This document shows, in pieces, positions 1 through 12,042 of a stretch of DNA of 64,000 nt; the stretch's first letter is position 1, and every line of letters starts with the position of its first letter. The stretch is from the NCBI GenBank assembly GCA_035084275.1, contig JAYJKW010000483.1:186001-250000 (forward strand), given 5' to 3'. The DNA comes from Hydrolagus colliei (lineage: Eukaryota). The translations under genes and the position numbers were made by a program. The notes below the pieces were generated by a model, which was not told the DNA's origin, searched no databases, and worked only from the letters and a program-made list of their open reading frames with translations.

Positions 1-119
1 TCCAATTCCTTAATATACTTTTTATAGTGTGGTGACCAGAATTTATCACAGTGCTACAGCTGAAAACTAACCAAAGTTTTATAGAGGTTAGTCAGCACTT
101 CATGAATTTTGTACGTTAT

Positions 120-655
120 AGCCCCTGGGGGACACAGCGTTATCCCTCGCGTTCGGTATTGAGACCACTGATCTTCCTGATATATATTGATGATCTGGAC
201 TTGGGCATAGAGAGAATTTTTTCCAAGTTTGCAGGTGATACAAAGTTAGATAGGGTAGTAAATAGAGAGGAGGACGGAAACCAACTGTAAGCAGACATTC
301 ACAGAATGGTGGAATGGGCCGACGTGTGGCAGATGGATATGAATTTGGATAAGTGTGAGGTAATACACTTAGGTTGGAAAAATTATAGGAGCCAATATAA
401 ACTTTGCAGCTCAATCTTAAGGAGGGGTGAACGTAGAGCGAGATCTGGGTGTTAAAGTAAACGAATCATTTAAGGTAGCAGGGCAGGTAGATCAGGCAGT
501 AAAAAAGGCATTTGGTGTGCTGAGCTTGATTAGTAGGGGCATATAGTATAAGAGTAGGAGGTTATGGTTAATCTATACAAAACATTGGTTGAGCCTCAGC
601 TGGAGTACTGCGTCCAGCTCTGCGCACCTTACTACAGGAATGACATTAAGGCACT
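120..655 (+). mobile_element. CR1-clade LINE, decayed reverse-transcriptase fragment
   Basis: Translation SVLRPLIFLIYIDDLDLG..FSKFAGDTKL resembles the CR1 RT GSVLGPLLFLIYINDLD..SKFADDTKL block; downstream stops and frameshifts. Confidence 0.85.
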
Positions 656-658
656 GTG

Positions 659-747
659 CCATATCATTCTATGGCTCTATGTTTCAATGATTTATAAAGC
701 CTAGTATCCCATATGCCTTCTTAACGGCTTTGACTACCTGTCCTGTC
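659..747 (-). mobile_element. Inverted CR1 fragment
   Basis: Reverse complement GACAGGACAGGTAGTCAAAGCCGTTAAGAAGGCATATGGGATACTAGGCTTTATAAAT is homologous to the forward CR1 segment at ~478-545. Confidence 0.7.
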
Positions 748-1415
748 AAGCAACTAAGAAGGCATGCGGCATGTTATTGTTCATCTCTAAAGCTATAGAG
801 TACAAGAGCATGGAAGTCTTGCTGCAACTATATAGGGTCCTGGTTAGACCGCATCTTGAGTATTGTGAGCAGTTTGGGTCTCCTTACTTAATAAAGGACA
901 TACCTGCCTTAGAGGGTGTGCAGCGTAGTTTCACTAGGTTAGTTACTGGGATGTGGGGACTGACCTATGAGGATAGGTTAAATAGACTAGTGTTATGTTC
1001 TCTGGAGTACAGAATAATTCGGGGAGATCTGATTGAAACATATAAGATTCTTAAAGGGGTGGATCAATTGGACAGTGAGGGACTGTTTCCCTTGTAGGAG
1101 AATCTGTAATCAGGAGACATAGTCGTAAAATTAAGGGGCAGCCTTTTAGAACAGAGTTGAGGAAAAATTTCTTCACTCAAAGGTTAGTGAATTTATGGAG
1201 TTCACTACTCCAGAATGCTGTAGATGCTCAGTCCTTGAACATATTCAAGAGTGGTACTGATAGATTTTTAACATAGAGATGTATTAGAGGATACGGGAAT
1301 AGGGCAGGTAATTAGAGTTAGACCAGAAGATCAGCCATGATCTTTTCAAATGGCGAGGCAGGCTCGATGGGCCGAATGGCCTACTCCTGCTCCTAATTAT
1401 TTTGTTCTTATGTCT
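748..1415 (+). mobile_element. 5'-truncated CR1 LINE, ORF2 C-terminus and 3' UTR
   Basis: ORF 771-1097 (LYRVLVRPHLEYCEQF..LEGVQRSFTRLV..RGDLIETYKILKG) is the CR1 ORF2 tail; typical 3' end GATCAGCCATGATC..GGCCGAATGGCCTACTCCTGCTCCTA at ~1330-1395. Confidence 0.9.
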
Positions 1416-4256
1416 TGCCTGCTACAAAGAGTTACTAGCATGTCTGTCTCTGAGTTCCCATTCACCCCTTAAAATTGTAGTATCCAACATATATTGCCTA
1501 CGCTCATTTCTTCTCCCATAATGTATCACCTAACATTTCTCAGCATTAAACTTCATCATCGATGTCTTCTAGAAAATAATATCTGGGTGTATAGTACTGT
1601 AGTGCACAACTCGAGTGGATTCTGCAGTGACAGCAAACTGGATGGACCTTAGAGGTGTATCTTCAAGCAACTTCTTGTATTTTTATGGTCTTTGATAAGG
1701 ATCCTTGGATTTGATATAGTGAACTGTTTGATAGATGCCTGCTCACATAGCTTCACAAATGATGTAGTAAAGTGGAATAAATTTACTATGTTACAATGTT
1801 GAGAATATGTTTGTGTGGTAAATAGTGTTCCACGAAAAAAGAATGCATTCAATATCCAATTAAATTTAGTAGACAAGTGGCCAGGGCAATGGGAGTAACT
1901 CCCATAACTTCTGCATATTGCCATTTGATCATTCAAATCCAAGCGAACACTCATAAAGTTTAACATCTCATTCTAAATTTGGTATGCCGAGCTCTGCACT
2001 GAGCGGGTCACGTTAGACAGTATAGTCTGAATTCCCAAGGTGGAGATTGAATACCCTACCAATAGACTGAGCCATGAGATTGGTACCAGTGGGCCACACT
2101 GACCCATGTTAGTGTATGGCTTTTGAAACAAAAAAGACGATGAATAACTCTAAGGAATAAGAGAACGCTGACTTGGAATGATGTGAGGTATATTCAGAAC
2201 AAATTGGTAGAATGCCTAGTGCAGTGAGTGTGCAGTAAGATGATAAAACCAGCTAACGATATGTGATAAAATCATTTAAAGCAGGAAATATCACTTGTTT
2301 CAATCAAAAATTAGATTTTCTATTAGGAAAATAATATCTCAGGTTATTATATAGTTTGTGACTCGATATGTCAGGCAATTACTGAGGTGGACGTAGAACT
2401 TAGTGGACATTTTTCTTGGTTCACCTAGCAAATTTTTAGGTTCTTACAGATGTAATCTCTGGATTTTGTGTAGTGCTTGCTCACATATGTTGAAGGCCGC
2501 AAAGCGCTTCCTATCTGTCATTGTGGAATGGAGTGAAACAAGGCAGCACGGTTGCTCTCAGCAATGCTCCATCAACCGCCAAGTTAATGCAGGAAAGTCA
2601 ATGTGTAACAGTGTAAAGTATATTTCTCCATGATCAGTAATTCTCTTTGTTCCTGGCTAAAGTTACACGTGCACCTGAGTTGTAGCTAAGCACAGTCCCT
2701 GGGGCCCCAAATTATTATTTATCACAAACCTGTACTGAATACACTCAGGTATTAGTCATGTAGGGCTCTCGCCACCAGGTGGAATGTCAGCATCCAATTA
2801 TACACACCACGTGATTTCTTTTCGTAAGGGATTTACATGAGAATAACTTATTTGTATATTAATTTATACAACTTTTCCATGACGATGTGGCAAAGTTGCT
2901 AACTGGAGCGTTCCATTTCGATTCATATAAACCTCCGGTATACGGTCTCCATCTTATTGGAGTGAGCTACTCTCTGTACCAAGAGGGGGTTTCATTGGTT
3001 CTCTGCCAGGATGTTAACTCCACTAATCTACAGGATCCAATACATTTACTACCCGATTCTCGCATGTGTCGGAGTCCCTGGCAAGTGATATGACCATATA
3101 CAAGGCTTAGATCAATGTGCAGTTCAGTTTTCAGGCTGACAGTGTGTGTAGCTCTCACTGACTCTCTGAATCAGAAAGCTGTGGTTTCTAACACTCAGTC
3201 AAGTCACTGACCTCAAACTGGAGACTGAAAATCATATACTGTGCTGGCGAGTGAGCTCCCATGTGGGAGCTGATTGATTTACAGTGAGAAGCTAAGGAGG
3301 GCGGCCTGTCACTTCTGTTCTACATTAAATATGTGGTGTGTTTTAAATCCTGAAAATGTTAAGTGATAGTGTTTGCTTCCTATTCAAGACACAGTGTGCA
3401 TTTCACGGTTAAACGCGTTAAGTGTTGACCTCTCAGTAGTCTTTGTGTATTTTACGAGAGCAATTTGTACCTGATGCTCATACCCTATTCCAACAATTTT
3501 TGTTAATGCAAACTTGTTGCTTATACTCACTGGTAACAGTTAGCAGCCTGCGAGCCTCCAGTGGGAGAGGGAGCATTCTGTGCCATACATGGTTGATTTA
3601 TATTTTTCAGTGCTACAGCCTCGTGGGTCCAGTTTATATATATATATCTATATATAGGGGCAAATATTTGAATGAACTGCACCTGGATGATGTTAACAAA
3701 CCTTTGGTTTAACTCATTGAGCATTACTGTAAGCCTCTTTTGGGTCTCACATAGGAGTGTAAGAGTGAGACGCATATTGAACTCACACTGGAGACTGAGA
3801 CTCAATGGCGGTGGGAGAGCTGGGTTGATGGAGCACCTGCCATGCTAACCTGCCTTGTTAACTTTCTATCTGCAGTTTGTGAAGCAGAAACTTGTACGGC
3901 AATATGTAGTCTTAATCCATGGTAGAAAAGGTATTGGTAGCCATTGTAAAAGTGATATTAATACACATTTGCTAATGTAAAAAATCACTGTAATATGTTC
4001 TTAACATGTTGCAGTATGCAGAGGTTTTATTAAGCCTAATCTTCTTGTATCACTACGTTGATTACTATCGGTATGATGACCACATGTTATAAATTTCCAT
4101 TGTCAAAATGCAAAGGACTTGTTATAGTGGAATTTCGCGTTCACAGACGGGGAGTCGTATTATTTTTACAGTGGCTAACAATAGGTAATCTACCGTCGTC
4201 CAAATATCTCAAAGAGATGTACAGGATTCTGCTTTAAACCCTGCAGCCGTATATAG

Positions 4257-4420
4257 ATGTTACTCAGGCCGGCAGCACACTGTATAATATGACTCTCATG
4301 TTACTCAGGCAGGCAGCACGTTGTATATTCTGACTCTCATGTTACTCAGGCAGGCAGCACACTGTATAATCTGACTCCTATGTTACTCAGGCAGGCAGCA
4401 CACTGTATAATCTGACTCTC
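4257..4420. repeat. 41-bp minisatellite, 4 copies
   Basis: ATGTTACTCAGGCAGGCAGCACACTGTATAATCTGACTCTC-like units start at 4257, 4298, 4339 and 4380. Confidence 0.9.
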
Positions 4421-5804
4421 GTGACATCAGCTCCAACAGTGGGGCTCTCTCTCCTTGTGTGTTTGTGTCTCAGCCTCCACTGTGGCGTCAGTGTCCCAAT
4501 AGAAGGCTGGCACATTGACCACAGGCCTATAGCAGAGGCTGGTTACCATAAAAAGGAATCCTCTTCATTCAACTTGTTGCTTTAAATATAGATTCAAATA
4601 AGATCCACTTGCCCTCATCACTCACAAATTACACTGTACAAAACGAACATTTCCCTCTCCTTTGAGTCTGGCGAACAATCGCCATGTTAAATATATGAAA
4701 ACAATAAACAACAATTATCCTTGAGTTTGATATGGCGCTTTGCATGTCTTCTCAGCGTCTCAAATCGCTTCACCGTGTATATTGTAAAGGGAGTTGACTG
4801 AAAAGTTGTGGGCAACTTTGCTTCTTTTACTACACGGCTATTGTTTTTTTGCAAATGAGCTTATTTGGCTACGGAATACAGAGGCAAAATAATTCTGCGT
4901 AAACACTGTGATGGATGAGGTAAAAAAAATCATATTAGCAACTAAATGTGTAACTCGGTTGAAAGTGACGGGAAAGTTTTCTTATATTTGTGTACAAAGA
5001 AACAATGCACTACAATTTACATGTTGTTAGTGGCTGTGCTCCATTGTTGGACATGTTATCCGACAGCAACTGTTTGAATTAAGGAAACAAAGTTGATTTC
5101 AACAAGCCTGTGTTTAATGCTCGTGTACATTATCCTATGTGTCACACTCGAATTCGAGACTGAACCACAAAGGGAGACTTCTTTGCTGTCTGTAAGTGTG
5201 AAGATTCCGCCTGCCTTGTTAGCTTTTCATTTGCAGTCTTTAACGCATATTCACTTAGAGCAATTTGTTAGATTTGGACAGTGGAGAAAGATTATTGCTA
5301 ATTATTGTCAATAAAAAGTTAACAACTATACGCAAATGTAAAATATCACTGTAATATATCTATTCGGTTGGCTTTATATGGGAACTTTTATTCAGCTAAA
5401 TGTTCTATTAGCAACCTTCTCGAATTGGTAGCATTAGTTGTATTGTTTTATTGCTCACATTATTCGCTTCTAATGCCAGTTTGCTAAGTGAGTGTTAATG
5501 GTTGTACTTTACATTAACAGATGCGTATGAACGACATTTGTACACTGACTAGCATGGAGTATTCTCCATTGTCCAAAACTCTCATAGAGCTGTGAAGGAT
5601 TCAGCTATATATTCTGCAGTCATATTCAAATATTAGTGAGGCAGGCAGAACACTATATATTCCCACTCTAATAATATTATACTAACAATGCAACACTTTC
5701 TATTTGACTCTAAGTCTCGAGCATGAGGTGAGTGAATAATTGTTTTATTTTTTTCCTTGACGAATTATAATCAGGATTTTGGGGCAGGACATTTTGCACA
5801 ATAT

Positions 5805-5880
5805 TTGATGCCGGGAATCGAATCCAGGTTTCCCGCTTGTGTGGCAAGTCCACCAACACGTGAGTTGCTGGATAATGCAA
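5805..5880 (-). mobile_element. tRNA-derived SINE head
   Basis: Minus strand ..GGTGGACTTGCCACACAAGCGGGAAACCTGGATTCGATTCCCGGC with a B-box-like GATTCGATTCC. Confidence 0.55.
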
Positions 5881-5939
5881 TGTGTAATAGCATTCCTTAT
5901 TCTTACTGGTCAATCATTCAATATTTCAACACAAGCAGA

Positions 5940-7900
5940 AAAGTGCGGGATGGAGGGTGAATTGATGCAATTGCCTTGATAAGAAGAGAAGTTCTACACA
6001 CACATGGATCCCAATGAGGCGAAAACAGGCGGTAAACAGTTATGTGGGTTAGGGGAAGTTCGCGGTAATAAAGAGAAGACAGGATGTAAAGGTGTTGCGT
6101 TCATTTAGAGAGAAAATATTGAAAACTACTGTAGAATACAGAATTGTGGCTTTGGTTCAAGCACGATTGGACTCAGTGCAACCTGCTCCTGCATGGAGTC
6201 ACCTTTTTGCAAACCAAGTGTGGCTGAAACAACATAGAGATGGAGGAGGACAAGGAGAATGGTTGGAGAAGCATAAAATGTGGAGGGCTAAATACATAAA
6301 GTACACTGGAGATTAGGCAGCAGTTGAACTATTCGCAGGGAAGTAGGGTATGATGATGGGAATGCTGACGCTGTTTGGGAAGTGAACTTTTTCCATTATT
6401 CACGACCATCGGTGTGGGAGAGCAGGCGACGGTCGGAGATCAATAGCTGTACGAGGAAGGATAATATAGAATTCAATTTCATGTGGTCGACAAAGGTGAA
6501 TAACTGCTACTGTATGCAGTTTACACACATTTTCATACTTTAGCATGAATGTTCTTAACTTTCCGTAGTATCAAATTTGTGCCAAGACAGCAATGTTTTT
6601 CTCATATATCTTTTAAAATACAGAATAAATTAATTGAAACGTCCCACATCAGTAAGATGATGGTAAGGTAATGCTTGAGCAAATGTTAACGAATTTAGTA
6701 AGGTAAACTGTAATATATAGACATGGATTGGTTAAAGATAATCAACATAAATGTGTTAATAGGAAGGGAATTCAATTTAGCCCGTGCTATATATAATTTA
6801 GTGACGGAGGTGGAAGCAGTATATGCGCAATCTTCTGTATAAAGTTACTGCTCCTGAAATAGTGATTAGCACATCTCCAAGATGGCTCACTGTGTTTGAA
6901 AGAAGCTACAACAAAGTGGATAGACGGCTTGTTTGTTGATGAAGCTCAGAAACCAAAAGGCACACATCAGAGTGGCACAAAGTGGCGTGGGTGGAAATGA
7001 AAATTATATTCTTGTTATTTCCTTGAGGAAATAATTTCTTCAATAATTTCCTTATTTCCTTAAGCATTCTGAGATGCCGTCCGACGAAAAGGGCGTTATA
7101 TAAATCGAAGCTATTGTTGTTGTTCTGGAGGGATTATTATTATGTATAGAATGTAAGGAATCATGATTTCTTCCTACAAATTTCCTCACTTGCGATGTGT
7201 GTGCTCTAAGTACTACACCACGGACTACCACGCTGGAGTACTCCATTGTAGGAAATATATTTTGCTTGGAAGTGAGGCGTGTAAGGGAGGACAACATTGC
7301 AGCCAATTGGCAAAGCCGTGCCCCACAAACATTCATTGATGAACCGTTACATTTGATTCCAGTTGTTGACCGTTGAATTGGTGGGCTGAGTGGATTTGGT
7401 GAGAACGTTTGACGGAGAAAAGGAGGGAGAAGAATGTAGCAGAGGTAGATCAGGAAGCTATCGAGGTGTTCGGAGCAGAATGAGAGGGGTGTTAGTGGGG
7501 GGAAGACTTGGCGGTGCGATAGATGAGCTGGATTTTGAGATTTACAATTGAAGGGTGATAATTTGTAGGGTGAACAAAGGACGGCTATTTGTGATGACAG
7601 AGGAGAAAGGGCATAGGTCAACGTAGCGAGGTATGATGGAGGGTATAGACGACCGGTGTGGTTTCTGTCAGGGGAAAAGTTTGCGCCAGGTGAGACCCAG
7701 GTATTCGTAAGGGCGAAAATGTCGATGTTTTCATCTCAATAAGTTGCTGGATGGTGCGTGTTTTATTAGAGAGGGAATGGACATATTGTAAGTTGATCCA
7801 GGGGAGACGGTTGGTGCGAAAATAAACGACTACAACAAAAAAAATACATTGATGGAGCGCCTTTCACGACGGGCGGATGTCGCAGGAGACGGTAATGTTG
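5940..7900 (-). mobile_element. Decayed L2/CR1-group LINE ORF2 5' part (APE endonuclease region), interrupted by SINE pieces
   Basis: The minus strand at ~7690-7745 reads like DENIDIFALT(E)TWVSPG, an APE motif; purine-rich plus-strand composition matches antisense L2; many stops. Confidence 0.5.
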
Positions 7901-8117
7901 GATAATTAATGGTCGCGATAGTGGTGTTGCGAATGGTCAACACACCGTCAATCTGGTGCAACAAACAATCAGGAAGTGAGATGCCCTGGCAACTCACTCA
8001 TTTTAACTTGAATCCTGGCGCACCCATTCCACTTCAACCTTTCGCTCTGCTCGGCTGGCTCCAGGCTACTGCTTATACCCAGTGGCATCTACCCATTCTG
8101 TTGAGTATAACCAGTAC

Positions 8118-8700
8118 AACAACAAAATTACACTTATGTAGCGCCTTTCACGTCAGGAGGACGTCAAAAAGCGCTGAACAGTCATTTCGTGTCCAGACAG
8201 GGAGAGGGTAAGTGTGGGTGTGAGGGGGGGGGGATCGGGAATAGTGGGGGTGGGGGGGAGGTTCGGTGTAAGAGGAAGGGATGGAGAGTAGAAGAGTGGG
8301 AAGAGTTAGTGGGACAGCCGAAGCGCAGTCAAAGAATTACGTCTTTAGACCGGCCGTGAAGGAGGAAATGGAGGACGTGAGGCGAAGTGACTCCGGGTTG
8401 GAGTTGTACAGTGTGGGAGCAGAGAGGCTGAAAGCCCGGCCCCCTATAGTTCGGCGATTATGGCGATGGTCGCGGAACAGTCCTGAGTCTGTTGAACGGA
8501 GTGTGCGGGCAGGTAGATAGAGAGACCAGTAGATCAGAGAGATAGGCGGGGGCAAGCAGTGAATGGCCTTGAAAGTGAGGAAGGGGATCTTGAATACGAT
8601 CCTCTGGGTGATGAAGAGCCAGTGGAGAAGGGCGAGGGTGAGAGGGATGTGGTCGCGAAGCCTGGTACGGGAGAGTACACGAGCTGTAGAATTCTGAATG
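8118..8700 (-). mobile_element. L2 LINE 3' end
   Basis: Minus ORF 8337-8555: LRSTDSGL..TIGGRAFSLSAPTLYNS.PESLRLTSSISSFTAGLKT (L2 RT C-terminus); tail ..TGAAAGGCGCTACATAAGTGTAATTTTGTTGTTG. Confidence 0.85.
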
Positions 8701-9046
8701 AGAATACTGTTCTCTCAGTAATTCTAAAGGCTCTCACTCAATCCATCCGGTTTATCTCTTCACTCAAGTCCCACCTGAAGACTTTCCCTTTCGATGAAGT
8801 TGATAATAACCTCCAAATCCTTTTTCCGGTGGCTCGTTGTTATTCTCCTTTATTATCAAGCACTCCAGTACTTTCCTGTGAAGTTTCCTGTGTAAACGTA
8901 AGCTGCTGAAGAGTCCGTATCAACCCTAGTTTAATTCTCTGCTTTCAACAATAATAATAACAATAATAATAATAATAGATATAATCCTTGCAGGTGGAGA
9001 GAGTGCAGGTGCTATCCTGCACTCTCTCCACCTCGCCTGGCGATAG

Positions 9047-9115
9047 ATTATATTTTATATCATTTATAGCATTTTATATCATTTTATATCATTTTATATC
9101 ATTTTATATCATCTA
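9047..9115. repeat. 10-bp tandem repeat (ATCATTTTAT)n, ~6 copies
   Basis: Read directly from the sequence. Confidence 0.85.
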
Positions 9116-9354
9116 TTTAATCTAGTGTTTTGTCTGGTGGTGATATATTGGATGTATGGTGATATTTGTCACGCGGACCACCCGCTCCCGAGACTAGAGA
9201 TCTTCGGGCTGGAACGATCGCGGGGACAGAGCTTTCACGCTGTGCACCGCTCAGCCCACCAGCTGGAGCGGCTTCCATCGCTGCCGGTTCTTCCTCTATG
9301 GGCGGTCGGCCAACGAAGCCATCTTTTTGGACGACGGGGAGTATCGCGGAAGGA

Positions 9355-9504
9355 ATGGCGGCCACTCGCTGTCGGCGCTTCCTCCGGCTGTGCGAAGAGC
9401 GGCCCCTCGACAGGACCTGGGAAGGCCGCGACCTCGGCGCTTTCCTCAGGCAGCGGGTGGCGCACGTCTTCCGCGAGGGGGAGAGCGAGGGGGAGAGCGC
9501 CCAG
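9355..9504 (+). pseudogene. UQCC2: UQCC2 (MNF1) first-coding-exon-like fragment
   Basis: [50 protein letters not shown] versus human UQCC2 N-terminus (from memory) [46 protein letters not shown]. Ends CAG|GT where I recall human exon 1 ends. Has a 12-nt GAGGGGGAGAGC duplication and Y->C and W->R changes; no downstream UQCC2 exons recognised. Confidence 0.8.
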
Positions 9505-9511
9505 GTGCTGC

Positions 9512-9640
9512 AAGCGACGGGTCATCTCGTCGCGGGAGATCCAGACGGCGATCGGGCTGCTGCTGCTGCTGCTGCTGTGCGAGCTGGCCAGACACACCGT
9601 GTCCGAGGTGCCAGGGCCATCACCGAGTCCCCGGGTTCAT
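9512..9640 (+). pseudogene. Histone H2B C-terminal remnant
   Basis: [32 protein letters not shown], then after a 1-nt frameshift [11 protein letters not shown], versus H2B [40 protein letters not shown]. (CTG)7 at 9557-9577; GGCCCTTTT at 9683-9691 matches the 5' half of the histone stem-loop. Confidence 0.75.
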
Positions 9641-9769
9641 CGGCTGAGGAGCCGGTCGGTTTTGGGGCCTGATACCACACTGGGCCCTTTTTTCCGCGCC
9701 CTTTTTTTCCCCCGCCATCTCAGGGATCGTCCGGGCGGGCGGCGAGGACAGGGAGTGGTTGCTGGACGA

Positions 9770-10140
9770 TTGTTGGTTGTTGTTTGTTGCTGTTTTTGTT
9801 GTTAATGTTGTTGCTTTTGTTGTTTATTATTGTTTATTGTTGTTGTTTGATTCCCCCCACCCCTGCCCCCATCTTCTTCTTCCCTCACTCCCTTTCCCCA
9901 CTTTCTCTCCTCCCTTTTCCCTTCCGCCCCCATCTTCTTCTTCCCTCACTCCCTTTCCCCACTTTCACTCCTCCCTTTTCCCTTCCCTCCCTCTTCCCTC
10001 TTCCTGATCTTGCCCCCACCCATCTTTCCCTCCCTCTCTTCCTTGCCCCCCTTTCTCCCCCCTCTTCCTCCCTAACCCTAACCCATCCCACCTTTCCCTC
10101 CCTCTCCCCCTTACCCTCTTTTCCCCCTTTCTCTCCTGGC
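9770..10140. repeat. (GTT)n-rich tract followed by a duplicated pyrimidine-rich low-complexity block
   Basis: Read directly; CCCCATCTTCTTCTTCCCTCACTCCCTTTCCCCACTTT occurs twice. Confidence 0.8.
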
Positions 10141-10149
10141 CCCATTTTC

Positions 10150-10495
10150 GCGATTGTTTGTGGGACACTGCTGTGCGCAGTTTGGCTGCCGCGTTTCGCC
10201 CACAAGTATACAGTCGACGTTCCTGCTTTTCTTCCCCCTGCCTCGACCCCTCCCCTTTTGCTTCTTTACCCCCTTTTTCCCCTAGTCCCACTTCCGTGAC
10301 TGATTGTGGGACACTGCTGTGCGCAATTTGGCTGCCACGTTTCGCCCACTAATATGCAGTTACTTTTCCTACTATGCTTTATCCTGCCCTGATCCTTCCC
10401 ACCCTGCTCTTGTCCTACCTGACTGTACAGCGCCTTGGGATGTCCTCTCGACGTGAAAGGCGCTATATAAATGTAAGTTTTGTTGTTGTTGTTGT
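10150..10495 (+). mobile_element. DeuSINE-type core fragments (2) with L2-like tail
   Basis: TGTGGGACACTGCTGTGCGCA(G/A)TTTGGCTGCC(G/A)CGTTTCGCCCAC at ~10157 and ~10305 resembles the Deu-domain core of AmnSINE1/SacSINE1; tail GTGAAAGGCGCTATATAAATGTAAG(TTG)n. Confidence 0.7.
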
Positions 10496-10524
10496 ATAGC
10501 ATATATAGCTTTTCACGTATTCTA

Positions 10525-10770
10525 AATGTGGAGTCCTTTAACTCAGTGGGTTGAAGCGCTCGTCTTGAAAACGTGAGGCTCGTGTTTCCAATCTACGTTG
10601 GACAGAGAGAAACCTCGAGCAAGTGTCCTTTGTGCATACGACTGATAATAATACGACCAAAAAACTATAATAAATCGGTCAATTGAATCCACGACTGTTT
10701 GTGGGGAAACTGCTGTCGCTTTTCTCCCACATCTATACAATCAATTCATTTTCGGTATACTCTGTGTATC
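10525..10770 (+). mobile_element. tRNA-head SINE with partial Deu core
   Basis: GTGGAGTCCTTTAACTCAGTGGGTTGAAGCGCTCGTCTTG.. head, then GACTGTTTGTGGGGAAACTGCTGT. Confidence 0.6.
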
Positions 10771-11335
10771 AACAACAACAACAACTTCGATTTATATAGC
10801 GACCTTCACGTCGGGCGACGTCTCAGAGCGCTTCACAATAGTGGATCCCGGGATCGAGCCACGGCAGGAGTAGAAAGGTAACCAAAGGCGCGGTCGAAGA
10901 GAAATGTATTCTGATGGCACATGAAGCTGAGTAAAGACGGGGCGAGGCGAAAGTAGTGAGGAACGGAATTCCAGATCCTTGGGGCAGAGTGGCTGAAAGC
11001 ACGGCCACTGAGTGTGGAGTGGCGGATTCTGGGGACCTGGAGTATGGCAGAATCGTTGCAACGAAGGCAACGGGAGCTGGTTTGAGGAGAGAGTAGGTCA
11101 GAGAGGTAGGGGAATGCAGAGAAGTGGAGTGATTTGAACACAAGCGTGAGGATCTTGAAGTCCATCCTATCTTGGACATGGAGACAGTGAATTCTGGCAA
11201 GGACTGGGGTAATGGGGGTGCGAAGTTTGGTGCGGGTGAGAATGTGCGTGGCAGAGATCTGAATGAGCTGGACTCTGTGGATTGTGGATGAGGGGAGACT
11301 GGCGCGGAGGTCATTGGAAAAGGGGAATTGGAGTT
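10770..11335 (-). mobile_element. L2 LINE 3' end
   Basis: Minus ORF 10833-11165: IDFKILTLVFKSLH..LSGRAFSHSAPRIWNSVPH..FLFDRAF. Confidence 0.85.
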
Positions 11336-12042
11336 ACTTTGAGGCACAGGCTAGAAGACGATCAATCGCGTTATTAAATTCTAACTCTAAGTATTAGCAT
11401 TATTTTGTATGAAAGCACTTCACATCATATACTGCTAAGTGAATTATCTGTATATTTTGGGGCTGTGTATTAAATCCCTCAATATCTTTCACAGCCTTCA
11501 CTCTGTTAGCCGCCGGCCTGAAGAGCACAATGTCAATTCTTGTTGTTGTGATAGAGTGGACCACTCGCCATTGATTGGAAGTTACGACATTACCCTTATT
11601 GTGTTGTACAAACCCAGGATTATTTTGATGCCTGAGCTGTGCGACACGCAGATAATCATACCTGAAATGTGTTAATATTTCAGGACAGAGACGATGATAT
11701 GCTGTGTTAAGCCATCACATGTAATAGATAAAGGTCATCTCGGAGAAACATAGAATGTTTCCTCACAGAAAGCAGTCAGACTTATTATATCTGTGCTTGG
11801 CAATTGGTATTCATGAAAATGATTCAAACGATTTGATGCGAACATAAGTCTGTTATGTTTTAGGTTCACACAAGAGTCCAAGATCACATGGTGGATCAGT
11901 TGTGGGATTGACAGGTATCACCCACTAACTCGGGAGCGTTTACTCCTCCGCTCTGATGTTGTTGCTATCAGTGCTCTTTAATAAGCGATGAGTGATATTG
12001 CTGCCACAATTTGTCACAATTTTTTCTCTCCCTTTTTTTTAG

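Noticed and set aside
1700-1975. Faint retroviral/Gypsy integrase-like text (VARAMGVTPITSAYCH)
   Set aside because: Too degenerate and stop-ridden to support without a profile search.
11860-11915. Small AG..GT-bounded segment as GPCR exon 1
   Set aside because: Its translation (GSHKSPRSHGGSVVGLT) lacks the hydrophobic TM1-start character expected for this family.
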